This document shows positions 18,447 to 27,305 of a stretch of 64,000 bases of DNA, one piece after another; the first letter of the stretch is position 1, and every line of letters begins with the position of its first letter. The notes under the pieces are model-generated. The model saw only the letters and a program-made list of their open reading frames with translations. It was not told where the DNA came from and ran no database searches. The translations under genes and the position numbers were made by a program. Source of the stretch: Candidatus Limnocylindrales bacterium (GTDB taxonomy: Bacteria; Desulfobacterota; Binatia; UBA1149; CAITLU01); NCBI GenBank assembly GCA_035626395.1, contig DASPNR010000002.1:469019-533018 (forward strand), written 5' to 3'.

Positions 18447-19747
18447 GCACGAGCGCCACAGCGCAGAGCGAAGAGCGCACGACCGACGAGAGCGCCCGCA
18501 TCGAGGCCGACGTGCGCGAGCTGTGCCGCGCCGCCAAGGCCGCGGCGCGGAGGCTCGCGCTGGTCGGTGATGCCGAGCGCAGCGCGCTGCTGCGAGCGAT
18601 CGCCGCACGCATCCGTCAGGATCAGGCACGCATCCGATCCGAGAACGAGGCCGACGTCGCAGCCGGACGCCACGCAGGATTGACCTCGGCGCTTCTCGAC
18701 CGGCTGACGCTGACGCCCACGCGCATCGAAGCAATGGCCGCCGGCGCCGAGGCCGTGGCCGCCCTGCCCGATCCGCTGCGCGAACCGATGAACGAGTGGA
18801 CCACCCAGCGCGGCCTGCGCATTGCGCAGGTGCGCATCCCGATCGGCGTGGTCGGCATGATCTACGAATCTCGACCCAACGTGACCATCGACGTGGCGGC
18901 GCTGTGCCTGAAATCCGGCAACGCCTGCGTCCTCAAGGGCGGCAAGGAAGCATTGCGCTCCAACGCCGCGCTCGCCGACATCGTTGCCGCGGAGCTCGTC
19001 GCGGCCGGTCTGCCCGCGGCCGCGGTCCAGCTCATCCGCTCGACCGACCGCCGCGCAACCGAAGCAATGCTGCGTCAGGAAGAGTCGCTCGACGTCATCG
19101 TGCCTCGCGGCGGGCCCGGCCTGGTGCGCGCGATCGCGGAGCATTCCCGCGTGCCGGTGATCCGCCATTACGAAGGCGTCTGTCACACCTATGTCGATGC
19201 CGACGCCGATCTGGCCATGGCCGCCGACATCGCCGTCAACGCCAAGTGCGATCGCCCCGGCGTCTGCAACGCGATGGAGAACCTGCTGGTCCACTCGGCC
19301 GTGGCACGGCCCTTCCTCGACGTGCTGGCGCCGCGCCTGCTCGAGAAAGGCGTGGAGCTGCGCGGGGACGAGCGCGTGCGTGCGCTCGTGCCTGCGGCCA
19401 GGATCGCCAGCGAAGAGGACTGGCGCACCGAGTATCTCGATCTGATCCTGGCCATCAAGGTGGTGGACTCGGTGGAGGAAGCCATCGACTTCATCAACAC
19501 CCACGGCTCCGGCCACTCCGATGCCATCGTCACTCGCTCGCGCGAGAACGCCGATCGTTTCCTGAGGGAGGTGGATTCGGCCGCCGTCTACGAGAACGCC
19601 TCCACCCGCTTCACCGACGGTTACGAGTTCGGCTTCGGAGCCGAGGTCGGCATCTCCACCAACCGCATCCACGCGCGCGGCCCGATGGGACTGCGCGAGC
19701 TGACGACGTACAAGTACGTGGTGCGGGGTCAGGGGCAGACGCGCTGA
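18443..19747 (+). CDS. proA: Gamma-glutamyl phosphate reductase.
   Basis: 434 aa. Aldehyde-dehydrogenase family, with the catalytic Cys in VCNAMENLLVH. Confidence 0.95.
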   Translation: MSTSATAQSEERTTDESARIEADVRELCRAAKAAARRLALVGDAERSALLRAIAARIRQDQARIRSENEADVAAGRHAGLTSALLDRLTLTPTRIEAMAAGAEAVAALPDPLREPMNEWTTQRGLRIAQVRIPIGVVGMIYESRPNVTIDVAALCLKSGNACVLKGGKEALRSNAALADIVAAELVAAGLPAAAVQLIRSTDRRATEAMLRQEESLDVIVPRGGPGLVRAIAEHSRVPVIRHYEGVCHTYVDADADLAMAADIAVNAKCDRPGVCNAMENLLVHSAVARPFLDVLAPRLLEKGVELRGDERVRALVPAARIASEEDWRTEYLDLILAIKVVDSVEEAIDFINTHGSGHSDAIVTRSRENADRFLREVDSAAVYENASTRFTDGYEFGFGAEVGISTNRIHARGPMGLRELTTYKYVVRGQGQTR

Positions 19748-20442
19748 GCGATCCCAGGCGCAGCGGGCCGACGGAGCGACGGCCGCGCATCGGCGTGCAC
19801 GGCGGCACCTTCGATCCGGTACACATCGGTCACCTCACCAGTGCACGCGAGCTGGCGGCGGCCTTCGACCTGCAGAAGGTGCTGATGGTGGTGTCGGCCA
19901 ATCCGCCGCACAAGCCGCAGGAGCAGGCGCCGGCCGAGCTTCGCCTGGCCATGCTCGAGGCGGCGGTGCGCGGCGATCCCGTGCTGGAGCCTTGCGGTAT
20001 CGAGCTCGGACGCCACGGCCCTTCCTACACGGTCGACACGATCGCGCAGATCGCGCGAGAGCATTCCGATGCGGAGCTGTTCCTTTCGATGGGCATCGAC
20101 GCCTACGAGGAGATCGATACCTGGAGCCGGCCGCACGAGCTCCTGGAGCTGTGCAACATCATCGTCACCAGCCGACCCGGATGCGAATTTTCGGAGAAAG
20201 CGCTCCGACCGCCCGTTGCCGCCCACCAGGACGGTTGTTATGATCCGGCCATCGGCTGTTTCGTTCACAAGAGCGGTCACGTCATCGTCGGCCACAGGAT
20301 CACCGGAGTCGAGGCTTCCTCGTCCGAGGTCCGGCGGCGCGTGCGGCTCGGCCTCCCCTTCGAGGGGCTCACCGGCTTCGCCGTCGCTCGTATCATTCGC
20401 GAACATTGCCTCTACGGAGCACCAGCACACACGACATGCTGA
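19744..20442 (+). CDS. nadD: Nicotinate-nucleotide adenylyltransferase. Start codon uncertain: no canonical in-frame start lies between the proA stop and the conserved GGTFDP motif.
   Basis: RIGVHGGTFDPVHIGHL and SANPPHK are the (H/T)xGH nucleotidyltransferase motifs. The frame is open through proA. The candidate start is CTG at 19744, overlapping the proA TGA. Confidence 0.75.
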   Translation: MSDPRRSGPTERRPRIGVHGGTFDPVHIGHLTSARELAAAFDLQKVLMVVSANPPHKPQEQAPAELRLAMLEAAVRGDPVLEPCGIELGRHGPSYTVDTIAQIAREHSDAELFLSMGIDAYEEIDTWSRPHELLELCNIIVTSRPGCEFSEKALRPPVAAHQDGCYDPAIGCFVHKSGHVIVGHRITGVEASSSEVRRRVRLGLPFEGLTGFAVARIIREHCLYGAPAHTTC

Positions 20443-20819
20443 ACGTCGCCTCGCGCGAGCTCGCCACCACTGCGGCCGACATGGCCGCAGATCGGAAAGC
20501 AAACGACATCGTCGTCCTGGAACTGGGAAGCGTTTCGTCGCTCGCCGACTACTTCGTGGTCTGCAGCGGACGCTCGCACATCCAGGTGGACGCGATCTGC
20601 CAGCGTGTCGACGAGGGCATGCAGGAGCGCTTCGGGCTGACGCCCCTTTCGGTCGAGGGCCTGGAGAACGGCCGCTGGGCGGTGATCGATTACGGTGCCG
20701 TGGTCGTGCACGTCTTCCAGCAGAGCGTGCGCGAGATCTACGACCTGGAGCGACTGTGGAGCTCGGCACCGCGTTGGAACTACACGGAGGGGTTCGATAA
20801 ACAATCGGCTCAGGCCTAG
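20436..20819 (+). CDS. rsfS: Ribosomal silencing factor RsfS (Iojap family).
   Basis: DIVVLELGSVSSLADYFVVCSGRSHIQVDAI and WAVIDYGAVVVHVF fit RsfS. nadD-rsfS is a conserved gene pair. Confidence 0.85.
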   Translation: MLNVASRELATTAADMAADRKANDIVVLELGSVSSLADYFVVCSGRSHIQVDAICQRVDEGMQERFGLTPLSVEGLENGRWAVIDYGAVVVHVFQQSVREIYDLERLWSSAPRWNYTEGFDKQSAQA

Positions 20820-20822
20820 CCG

Positions 20823-22016
20823 ATGCTGCGTCGAACCCTGACTTTCCTGGCAGCCGTCGCGCTCATCGCGGCTGTCGCCACTCTCGTCTGGTTCAATTCC
20901 CAGCCCACCACGTTCAAGCTCGCGCCCGACCGCGAATACACGCTTCCTCTGGCATGGCTCCTTGTCGGCGCCGTCACCGCCGGCCTGCTGCTCGGCCTGA
21001 TCGCGCTCATCGCACGCGAAGGACACTGGGCGCTGCGGCAGTGGCGCGTCGAGCGCGCGCGGCGCAGCGCCGAGCGAGCCATCGCCCGCAAGACCGAAGC
21101 ACGCAGCCTGGTGCTGGCCGGACAGTACGGCAAGGCGCGCGCGCTTCTGACCAAGGCCGTCAAGAGCCCTGGGGCCGACGTCGGAGACGTCGTCGATCTG
21201 GCCGACAGCTACGTGGCCGAGGGCGACTGGACGCACGCACGACAGGTTCTCGAGGAGGGACTCAAGGATTTCGGCAGCGATCCGCTGCTGCTGCATGCTC
21301 TGGCTCGCTGCTGCCGCGCACTCGGTGACGACGCGGCGGCAGCGTCGGCGCTCGACCGCGCCGTCGATGCCTTTCCCGCCAGCATCACGCTCAACCGCAT
21401 GCTGCGCGACACGCTCGTCGACCTGCAGCGCTGGAAGCGCGCCGAAAAAGTGCAGCAGCGGCTGGTCGAGCTGCTGCCCGACGATCCGCGCGAGCGGGCA
21501 TCGCTCGTGGAGATCCGCATGGAAGCCGCCGGCGTCGACGAGCCCGCGCAGCGCGAGGCCAGCCTGCGCTCGGTGCTCGCGCTCGATCCGGCCTTCGCGC
21601 CAGCGGCTGCCGAAAGCGCACGCATACTGGACACGCAGGGGCGCCACCGCGCGGCGGTGAGGCTGCTGTACAAGGCTGCCAAGCGCCGTCCCGACACCAG
21701 GACGCTGGCCGCGCTGGACGAGCTGCTCGCGGAGAAGGAGCTGCCGCGCCTCCTCAAGATCTACGGCAAGCTGCGCGCACGCCATCCCGGCAACGGCGAG
21801 CTGCAGCTGCACTACGCCCAGCTGATGATGAGCCTCGGACGCGAGGACGACGGCGAGCGTGCGCTCGATCAGCTCGACGGCAGCGGCGGGCCCTACGCCG
21901 TGGCAGCCGAGAGGCTGCGCGCCGAGCTGTACCGCAAGCGCGAGGACCTCGAACATGCCAACGAGGCGCTGCAGCGCGCGCTCGAGTGCTCGTTGCGCAC
22001 CGGCTCCAAGAGCTAG
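20823..22016 (+). CDS. Inner-membrane protein with an N-terminal LapA-like two-TM module (DUF1049-like) and a C-terminal TPR-repeat region. LapB/YciM-like, but without the rubredoxin-type Cys cluster.
   Basis: 397 aa. The N-terminus is TM, then FNSQPTTFKL, then a second TM (LapA-type pattern). The remainder is Ala/Leu/Arg/Asp-rich helical repeats with a TPR character. No CxxC pairs near the C-terminus. Confidence 0.55.
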   Translation: MLRRTLTFLAAVALIAAVATLVWFNSQPTTFKLAPDREYTLPLAWLLVGAVTAGLLLGLIALIAREGHWALRQWRVERARRSAERAIARKTEARSLVLAGQYGKARALLTKAVKSPGADVGDVVDLADSYVAEGDWTHARQVLEEGLKDFGSDPLLLHALARCCRALGDDAAAASALDRAVDAFPASITLNRMLRDTLVDLQRWKRAEKVQQRLVELLPDDPRERASLVEIRMEAAGVDEPAQREASLRSVLALDPAFAPAAAESARILDTQGRHRAAVRLLYKAAKRRPDTRTLAALDELLAEKELPRLLKIYGKLRARHPGNGELQLHYAQLMMSLGREDDGERALDQLDGSGGPYAVAAERLRAELYRKREDLEHANEALQRALECSLRTGSKS

Positions 22017-23146
22017 TCTTTCAGGAACTCGCCGAGCCGGGCCAGCTCGGCCAGGTCGTGCACGTCGCCGCGCTGCTCGGGAACCACGGTGACGAGCACG
22101 TCGGTCGGAAGGTTGGCCTCGAAATCCTCGCGCCGCACCTCTTCGGCCGCCGCCTGCACCATGAGGTTGCGCACGGTGTGCCCGAGCCACTCGCGGATCC
22201 TGACGTTGTCAGCCGCCACCAGGTCCAGCACACGCTCGATGGCCGCGCCTGCCTCGGCACCGTCCAGCCCCGGCGGCGGAAGGTGGACGCGGTTCATGAC
22301 CACGCCCTTGAGCGGCATGCCGAGGCCGCGCATCTTGGCGTAGAGGTCGTCGGCCTCTTCGAGCACCTGCTCATCGGGTCCCGAGACCAGCACGAAGGCC
22401 GTCTTGTCGCCCTGAAGGAGCGCGCGCACCCTGCGGCCGCGCTCGGTGATGCCGTCGACCAGATGCTCGATGGCCGTGAAGAAGTCGGCGATCTGCGCCA
22501 GCGCCTGCACGCCGGTGGCTTCCTCGACCTTCTCGAACAGGAAGCGGACGCCGCGGCTGGCCGTCTTCCAGGCCATCCACCCTGCCGTCATCGACGGGCG
22601 CAGCAGCCAGGAGAGCATGCCGCGATCGAAGAAGTCTTCCAGTCGCGCCGGCGCCTCCAGGAAATCCAGCGCATGGCCGGTCGGCGGCGTGTCCAGGACG
22701 ATGAGGTCGAACTGCCCCGACTCGTCGATGCGCGCCAGCTCCTCGATGGCCATGTATTCGGTGGATCCGGCAAAGGAGCGCGACAGATGCTGGTAGAACT
22801 CGTTCTGCAGAATCGTCTCGCGCACCTGCTCGTTCGGCGAGTGGCGGGCAATGAACTCATCCCATGCGCTCTTCTGGTCGAGCATGCCGGCCGACAGGGA
22901 GCCCCGGATGTCGAGTCCTTGGGCGCTGAGGCGCTCGGGCGCGATCCGCTCGCCGCCGGCGCGCAGCGTGTCCAGGCCCAGCGACTGCGCCAAACGTCGC
23001 GCGGGATCGATCGTCAGAACCATCGCGCGCTTTCCCGCCAATGCGCCCTGCAGCGCCAACGCCGCCGCCACGGTGGTCTTGCCGACGCCGCCGCTTCCCA
23101 CGCACACGACGATGCGGTGACTGTCGAGCAGGCGCGCGACGCTCAT
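22013..23146 (-). CDS. ArsA/GET3-family anion-transporting ATPase-like protein.
   Basis: 377 aa. Deviant Walker A is GSGGVGKTT. LDTPPTGH is the ArsA signature. Confidence 0.8.
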   Translation of the reverse strand: MSVARLLDSHRIVVCVGSGGVGKTTVAAALALQGALAGKRAMVLTIDPARRLAQSLGLDTLRAGGERIAPERLSAQGLDIRGSLSAGMLDQKSAWDEFIARHSPNEQVRETILQNEFYQHLSRSFAGSTEYMAIEELARIDESGQFDLIVLDTPPTGHALDFLEAPARLEDFFDRGMLSWLLRPSMTAGWMAWKTASRGVRFLFEKVEEATGVQALAQIADFFTAIEHLVDGITERGRRVRALLQGDKTAFVLVSGPDEQVLEEADDLYAKMRGLGMPLKGVVMNRVHLPPPGLDGAEAGAAIERVLDLVAADNVRIREWLGHTVRNLMVQAAAEEVRREDFEANLPTDVLVTVVPEQRGDVHDLAELARLGEFLKD

Positions 23147-24123
23147 CGCTGCACCTGGCCCATGAGCGCGGCGGCAATCGAGTCCACTTCAGGAAGCCCG
23201 AACTCCTCGCGCACCAGGAGCGGCACCCGCACCGGCGCAAGCGCGGTTTCCTCGGCCAGCCGCGCCAGTCCCTGGTCCTGGATGCGATGCCATCCAAGGG
23301 CCACCTGCGCGGCGTCGACCACGGCCGCACGCACGGGCTCGTCGCCGGGAGACACGCGGGCATTCTCGAGGCTCGCTACCGCCCGCTCGATCCCTTCCGG
23401 CGCCGGCGGTCGCACGCGATTGACGAAGAGCGTGCCGATCGGCAGCGCAAGCGGCGTGCGCAGGCGCTCGACGATGCCGACGGCTTCGGTGATGGGCATC
23501 TCCTCGGGAATGGCCACCACGTGCACGCAGGTCGTGGACGCGTCACGCAGCAGCGCGAGCACTCGTAGGGATTCGCGATGGACCAGGCCGCTGCGGAACG
23601 TGTCGGCAGCCGCCGCCGGCATCTGCAGGTACTGCAGACTGTGGCCCGAAGCGCCGGCATCCACGATGATGCGCTCCCACAGCGGCCGCCCGTCAGGGCC
23701 CTTCTTCTGCGCCTCGTACCAGATCTTGCCGATCGTCATCAGCTCCTTGAGGCCGGGCGCCGCAGCCACGAAGACTCGGTAGAAGCGATTGCCGAGCACG
23801 GTGCGGACCAGACGCTTGATCGGCAGCGCCAGCGTCAGGTACTCGGCCAGCGCCGTCTCGCCCTGGATGCACAGCAGGCTCAGTCCGGGCCGCACCGGGA
23901 CCGGATCGGTGGAGCATTGATCGGCGATATCGAACAGGCGCGCGAGCCCGCCAGGCGATCCGATCTCGACCACGAGCGTGCGCAGGCCGCGACGCGCGCA
24001 TGCCACGGCGAGCGCGGCGGTGATGGTGGACTTGCCGACGCCACCCTTGCCCACCACGAACTGCAACCGCACGTCGGGTATCACCGTGCGAGCCTGCCCG
24101 CGGCCGTGGACGTTGGCAATCAC
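23143..24123 (-). CDS. ArsA/GET3-family ATPase-like protein, second tandem paralog.
   Basis: 326 aa. GKGGVGKST and DAGASGHSL are present. The stop overlaps the downstream paralog's start. Confidence 0.75.
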   Translation of the reverse strand: MIANVHGRGQARTVIPDVRLQFVVGKGGVGKSTITAALAVACARRGLRTLVVEIGSPGGLARLFDIADQCSTDPVPVRPGLSLLCIQGETALAEYLTLALPIKRLVRTVLGNRFYRVFVAAAPGLKELMTIGKIWYEAQKKGPDGRPLWERIIVDAGASGHSLQYLQMPAAAADTFRSGLVHRESLRVLALLRDASTTCVHVVAIPEEMPITEAVGIVERLRTPLALPIGTLFVNRVRPPAPEGIERAVASLENARVSPGDEPVRAAVVDAAQVALGWHRIQDQGLARLAEETALAPVRVPLLVREEFGLPEVDSIAAALMGQVQR

Positions 24124-24149
24124 GACGGCATGCGGCAGACTCGCGCCAC

Positions 24150-25484
24150 TTGAGGCTTCGTCGCCAACGTCAGCGCGCGTGCGCGCTCTTTCTTGTCGCG
24201 CTCACCTGCGCAGTGGCGATCGCGCCGGGTTGCGCGCGCGAGCCCAAGCCGGCGGGCAAGCCGCCGCGCGTGGTCGTGCTCGGCCTGGATGCGGGCACCT
24301 GGCAACTTCTCGACAAGTACTTCGCCCGCGGCATCCTGCCCAACCTCGCGCGCCTGCGCTCACAAGGCGCCAGCGCCGTCCTCAACTCGATCGAGCCGAG
24401 CAGCTCGCCGGTCATCTGGACATCGATCGCCACGGGCAAGGTTCCCGACAAGCACGGCATCACCTGGTTCGTGCGCTTTCCCCAAGGAGCCGGCAAACCG
24501 GTGCCGGTCGACCGGCGCATGCGCAAGACCAGCGCGATCTGGAACATGCTGAGCGAGCGCGGCTTCGATGTCGCCGTCGTCGGCTGGTTCGTCACCTGGC
24601 CGGCCGAGGCGGTCAACGGCCGCATGATCAGCGACATCGCCCACTACGGCGACGTCGAGGAGGAATCGTTCCCGCCCTTCTATCTTCGACAGCTGGCGCC
24701 GGTGGAGCAGAGCGAAGCGATTCGGGCGATGCCCTCGTTCATGGATTTTCCGTACGACGCGCGGCGGGCCAATAAGCATCCGGCCGGGCAGCCGCCCGAG
24801 CTCGACTATCTCGTCTACGACAGGTTCATCCGCGCCTACACGCGCGACCTCTTCTACCTGCGCGCCACCGAGAGGATCCTGAGCGAGCCGCCGCTGCCCG
24901 ACGTCCTGTTCGTCTATCTGCGCGGCACCGACGACGTGCAGCACGGGTTCTGGAAGTTCATGGACCCCGAACCGTTCGGCGACGTTCCTGCCGAGCAGGT
25001 CCGCCAGCTCGGCAAGGTCATCGAAAACTACTGGATCTGGGTCGACAAGCGCGTCGGCGACATCCTCTCGCGCTACAAGCAGGATCCTCTGGTGCTGGTC
25101 GCCTCCGATCACGGAGCCGGTCCCGCCGTGGGCCAGTTCGCGGTGGAGGTGCCCGAGTACCTGCACCTGTCGGGCTCGCATCGCTCCGACGGCATTCTGA
25201 TCCTGAACGGCCCGGGCGTCCGAAAAGGCGCGCGCCTGGAGCCGGCCTCGATCATGGACGTGACGCCGACGCTGCTCCACTACCTTCGCCTGCCGGTCGG
25301 CGAGGACATGGACGGCACCGTGCGTACCGACTTCTTCGAAGATTCGCTGGCCGAGCGCGAAATCGAGCGCATCAAGACGTACGACAAGACCGACGCGGCC
25401 GCGGCCCCCGGGCCCGCCCCCATGGAGCCGGCGGTCGAGAACAAGGTCCTCGAGCACCTGCGGTCGCTCGGCTACATCGAATAG
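24150..25484 (+). CDS. Alkaline phosphatase/type I phosphodiesterase-nucleotide pyrophosphatase family protein, probable lipoprotein.
   Basis: 444 aa. The lipobox is IAPGC. VLGLDAGTWQ is the metal-site Asp/Thr motif. SSPVIWTSIATG and SDHGAG are characteristic of the AlkP-core superfamily. Confidence 0.7.
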   Translation: MRLRRQRQRACALFLVALTCAVAIAPGCAREPKPAGKPPRVVVLGLDAGTWQLLDKYFARGILPNLARLRSQGASAVLNSIEPSSSPVIWTSIATGKVPDKHGITWFVRFPQGAGKPVPVDRRMRKTSAIWNMLSERGFDVAVVGWFVTWPAEAVNGRMISDIAHYGDVEEESFPPFYLRQLAPVEQSEAIRAMPSFMDFPYDARRANKHPAGQPPELDYLVYDRFIRAYTRDLFYLRATERILSEPPLPDVLFVYLRGTDDVQHGFWKFMDPEPFGDVPAEQVRQLGKVIENYWIWVDKRVGDILSRYKQDPLVLVASDHGAGPAVGQFAVEVPEYLHLSGSHRSDGILILNGPGVRKGARLEPASIMDVTPTLLHYLRLPVGEDMDGTVRTDFFEDSLAEREIERIKTYDKTDAAAAPGPAPMEPAVENKVLEHLRSLGYIE

Positions 25485-25550
25485 CGGTCAGGCGCGGTGT
25501 GCACGCGGGCCGGTGGAACCGCCCCGACGCCGCCGCTAGGTTCTGGCGAC

Positions 25551-26234
25551 ATGACGAAAATCGCGTCCCTGCTCCGAACCGGTCTGGTCCTGCTGGCGAC
25601 GGCCGGCACCTTGAGCGCCTGTGGTGCCGGGCCCGTGCGGCCCGAGGACGAGCTGTATCGAGAAGCCTCGCTGGCCTTCGAGGAGGAGAGCTACAACTCG
25701 GCCATCGAGGACTACAAGAAGATGCTCGAGGAGTACCCGTTCTCGGACAAGGCCGAGACGGCGGGCTTCAACATCGCCTACGCCTACTACGTCACCGAGA
25801 AATATCCGGAGGCCATTGAAGCGTTCAGCGACTTCGAGCGCCTCTATCCGGTGAGCCCCCTGCTGCCGTTCGTCAGCTACACGATCGGCATGTGCTATCT
25901 CGGACAGGCCAAGTCCGATGACCGCGACCCGTCGGCCTCCGAGGCTGCGCTGCGCCAGTTCGAGCGTATGGCGCAGCAGTTCCCCAAATCGATCTACGCC
26001 GACCTGGCGCGCTACCGCGCGCACGAAGCGCGCGAGAACCTGGCGCTGCACGAGCTGGTGGTGGGCGACTTCTATCGCGAAAAGCAGCGGCACGACGCCG
26101 CCGCCGCGCGCTATCGCTACGTGCTCACGCACTATCCGACGACCGAAGCCGCGGCCCGCGCCAATCAGCGACTCGGCGAGCTGAGCGCCAATCCGCCGGC
26201 GCAGGCGGCCGGGGACGCTTCAAAGGGCTCCTGA
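25551..26234 (+). CDS. bamD: Outer membrane protein assembly factor BamD (lipoprotein, TPR-like).
   Basis: The likely start is the internal Met of MTKIASLL, with lipobox LSAC. The remainder matches the BamD/ComL family (YNSAIEDYKKMLEEYPFSDKAE). Confidence 0.8.
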   Translation: MTKIASLLRTGLVLLATAGTLSACGAGPVRPEDELYREASLAFEEESYNSAIEDYKKMLEEYPFSDKAETAGFNIAYAYYVTEKYPEAIEAFSDFERLYPVSPLLPFVSYTIGMCYLGQAKSDDRDPSASEAALRQFERMAQQFPKSIYADLARYRAHEARENLALHELVVGDFYREKQRHDAAAARYRYVLTHYPTTEAAARANQRLGELSANPPAQAAGDASKGS

Positions 26235-26235
26235 G

Positions 26236-27075
26236 CTAGCCGACCAAGCGTCTGCGCAGGCGCGCGAGCGTCTCGGCGCGCACGCCGATCTCGGCCAGAT
26301 AGCCTTCCGCCGATCGCCAGCGCACGTCCATGCCCGTCAGCATGTGCACCATCCGCTCGGGCGGGCTGCCGAACAGGTACAGTACGGCCGCAGGATCCAG
26401 GCCGCCCGCCATCAGCTCGTCGCGGTAGGTGGCGTGCAGCGGCTCGAGGTTGCGCTCGGACTGCGCGTAATCCTCCACGATGATCTCATCGGGCACGCCG
26501 AGCGCGCGCAGCAGGACGGCCGCGACCACGCCGGTGCGGTCCTTTCCGCCGGTGCAGTGAAAGACGGTGGGCGGCGCCTTATCATCGGCCAGGTGCTCGA
26601 TGAGTGCGCGAATGGCGTGCGCGCCCTGCTCGAGCATCTCGAGGTAGCGGTTCTGCAGGTCGATCTTCTTCCAGTCGATGGTCTGGTCGCCCGGGTGGAG
26701 CGACACCTCCACCAGAGGAAGGTGGCGGTGAAACGGCGAGCCGATGCCGAACTCGCACTGCGTATCGGCGGCGAGCTCGGCCTGGCTGCGCAGGTCGAAG
26801 ACGCTGCCGATCTTGAGCTCGCGCAGCAGGGAGAGATCGGCAGCAGTCAGACGGCTGAGCCGGTCGGACCGGAACACGAGCCCCTTGGCCACGCAGCGCC
26901 CACCGCCGCAGGCAAGACCGCCGAGGTCTCGGAAGTTGTACGCGCCTTCCAGTGGAATCAGTCGGGTCAAGATGTGGTTCCCGTTCGTGCAGGATGAAGG
27001 AGCACTTCGTGACACGGCCGGGCGGCGTAAGGAAGCAGCAAACTTCGACGCACCCGGCTGGCACGGCCGTCGCAA
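26236..27075 (-). CDS. Protein-tyrosine/dual-specificity phosphatase family protein.
   Basis: The CX5R active site is HCTGGKDRTG. The N-terminal pattern is LEGAYNFRDLGG. The start is uncertain within the first roughly 35 codons. Confidence 0.65.
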   Translation of the reverse strand: MRRPCQPGASKFAASLRRPAVSRSAPSSCTNGNHILTRLIPLEGAYNFRDLGGLACGGGRCVAKGLVFRSDRLSRLTAADLSLLRELKIGSVFDLRSQAELAADTQCEFGIGSPFHRHLPLVEVSLHPGDQTIDWKKIDLQNRYLEMLEQGAHAIRALIEHLADDKAPPTVFHCTGGKDRTGVVAAVLLRALGVPDEIIVEDYAQSERNLEPLHATYRDELMAGGLDPAAVLYLFGSPPERMVHMLTGMDVRWRSAEGYLAEIGVRAETLARLRRRLVG

Positions 27076-27112
27076 TTTTGACAGCCTCTGCCCCGCCCGT
27101 TATAAGCGCCGC

Positions 27113-27292
27113 AACCTTATTGCGAGTGGCTGAGGGATCGGGCCCTACGACGCCACAGCAACCGGCCGGCCGCAAGGCTCGGAGGCAGGTGCTAAATCCC
27201 ACATTCGGATCGAGAGGTTCGAATGGAAGATAAGGTCGAGCTCCAGCGCCTCCTGCTGAACCTCTTCCTCATCTTCCGGAAGAGGTTTTTTT
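27113..27292 (+). ncRNA. SAM-I (S-box) riboswitch with a terminator-type expression platform, in the leader of the thiF-like, cysO-like, cysM operon.
   Basis: The sequence CCUUAUUGCGAGUGGCUGAGGGAUCGGGCCCUACGACGCCACAGCAACC...GGUGCUAAAUCC...GGAUCGAGAGG matches the SAM-I consensus cores (GAGGGA, GGCCC, GAnGA, GCAACC, GGUGCnAAUUCC, GAUnAGAG). The 3' strand of P1 (GAGAGG) and the 3' half of the terminator (GGAAGAGG) compete for the same CCUCUUCC segment. Confidence 0.8.
27261..27292 (+). terminator. Rho-independent terminator of the SAM-I expression platform.
   Basis: CCTCTTCC-loop-GGAAGAGG is an 8-bp GC-rich stem followed by TTTTTTT, immediately upstream of the thiF-like start. Confidence 0.8.
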
Positions 27293-27305
27293 GTATCGCA
27301 CGGCC

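Noticed and set aside
18796-19743. Long N-terminal extension of the nadD frame (548-aa track ORF)
   Set aside because: The extension runs through proA in another frame and carries no NadD homology. Only the region from about 19744 is nadD.
27214-27226. GGTTCGAAT T-loop-like motif, a possible tRNA
   Set aside because: No acceptor, D or anticodon arms can be built. The motif lies within the SAM-I riboswitch 3' region.
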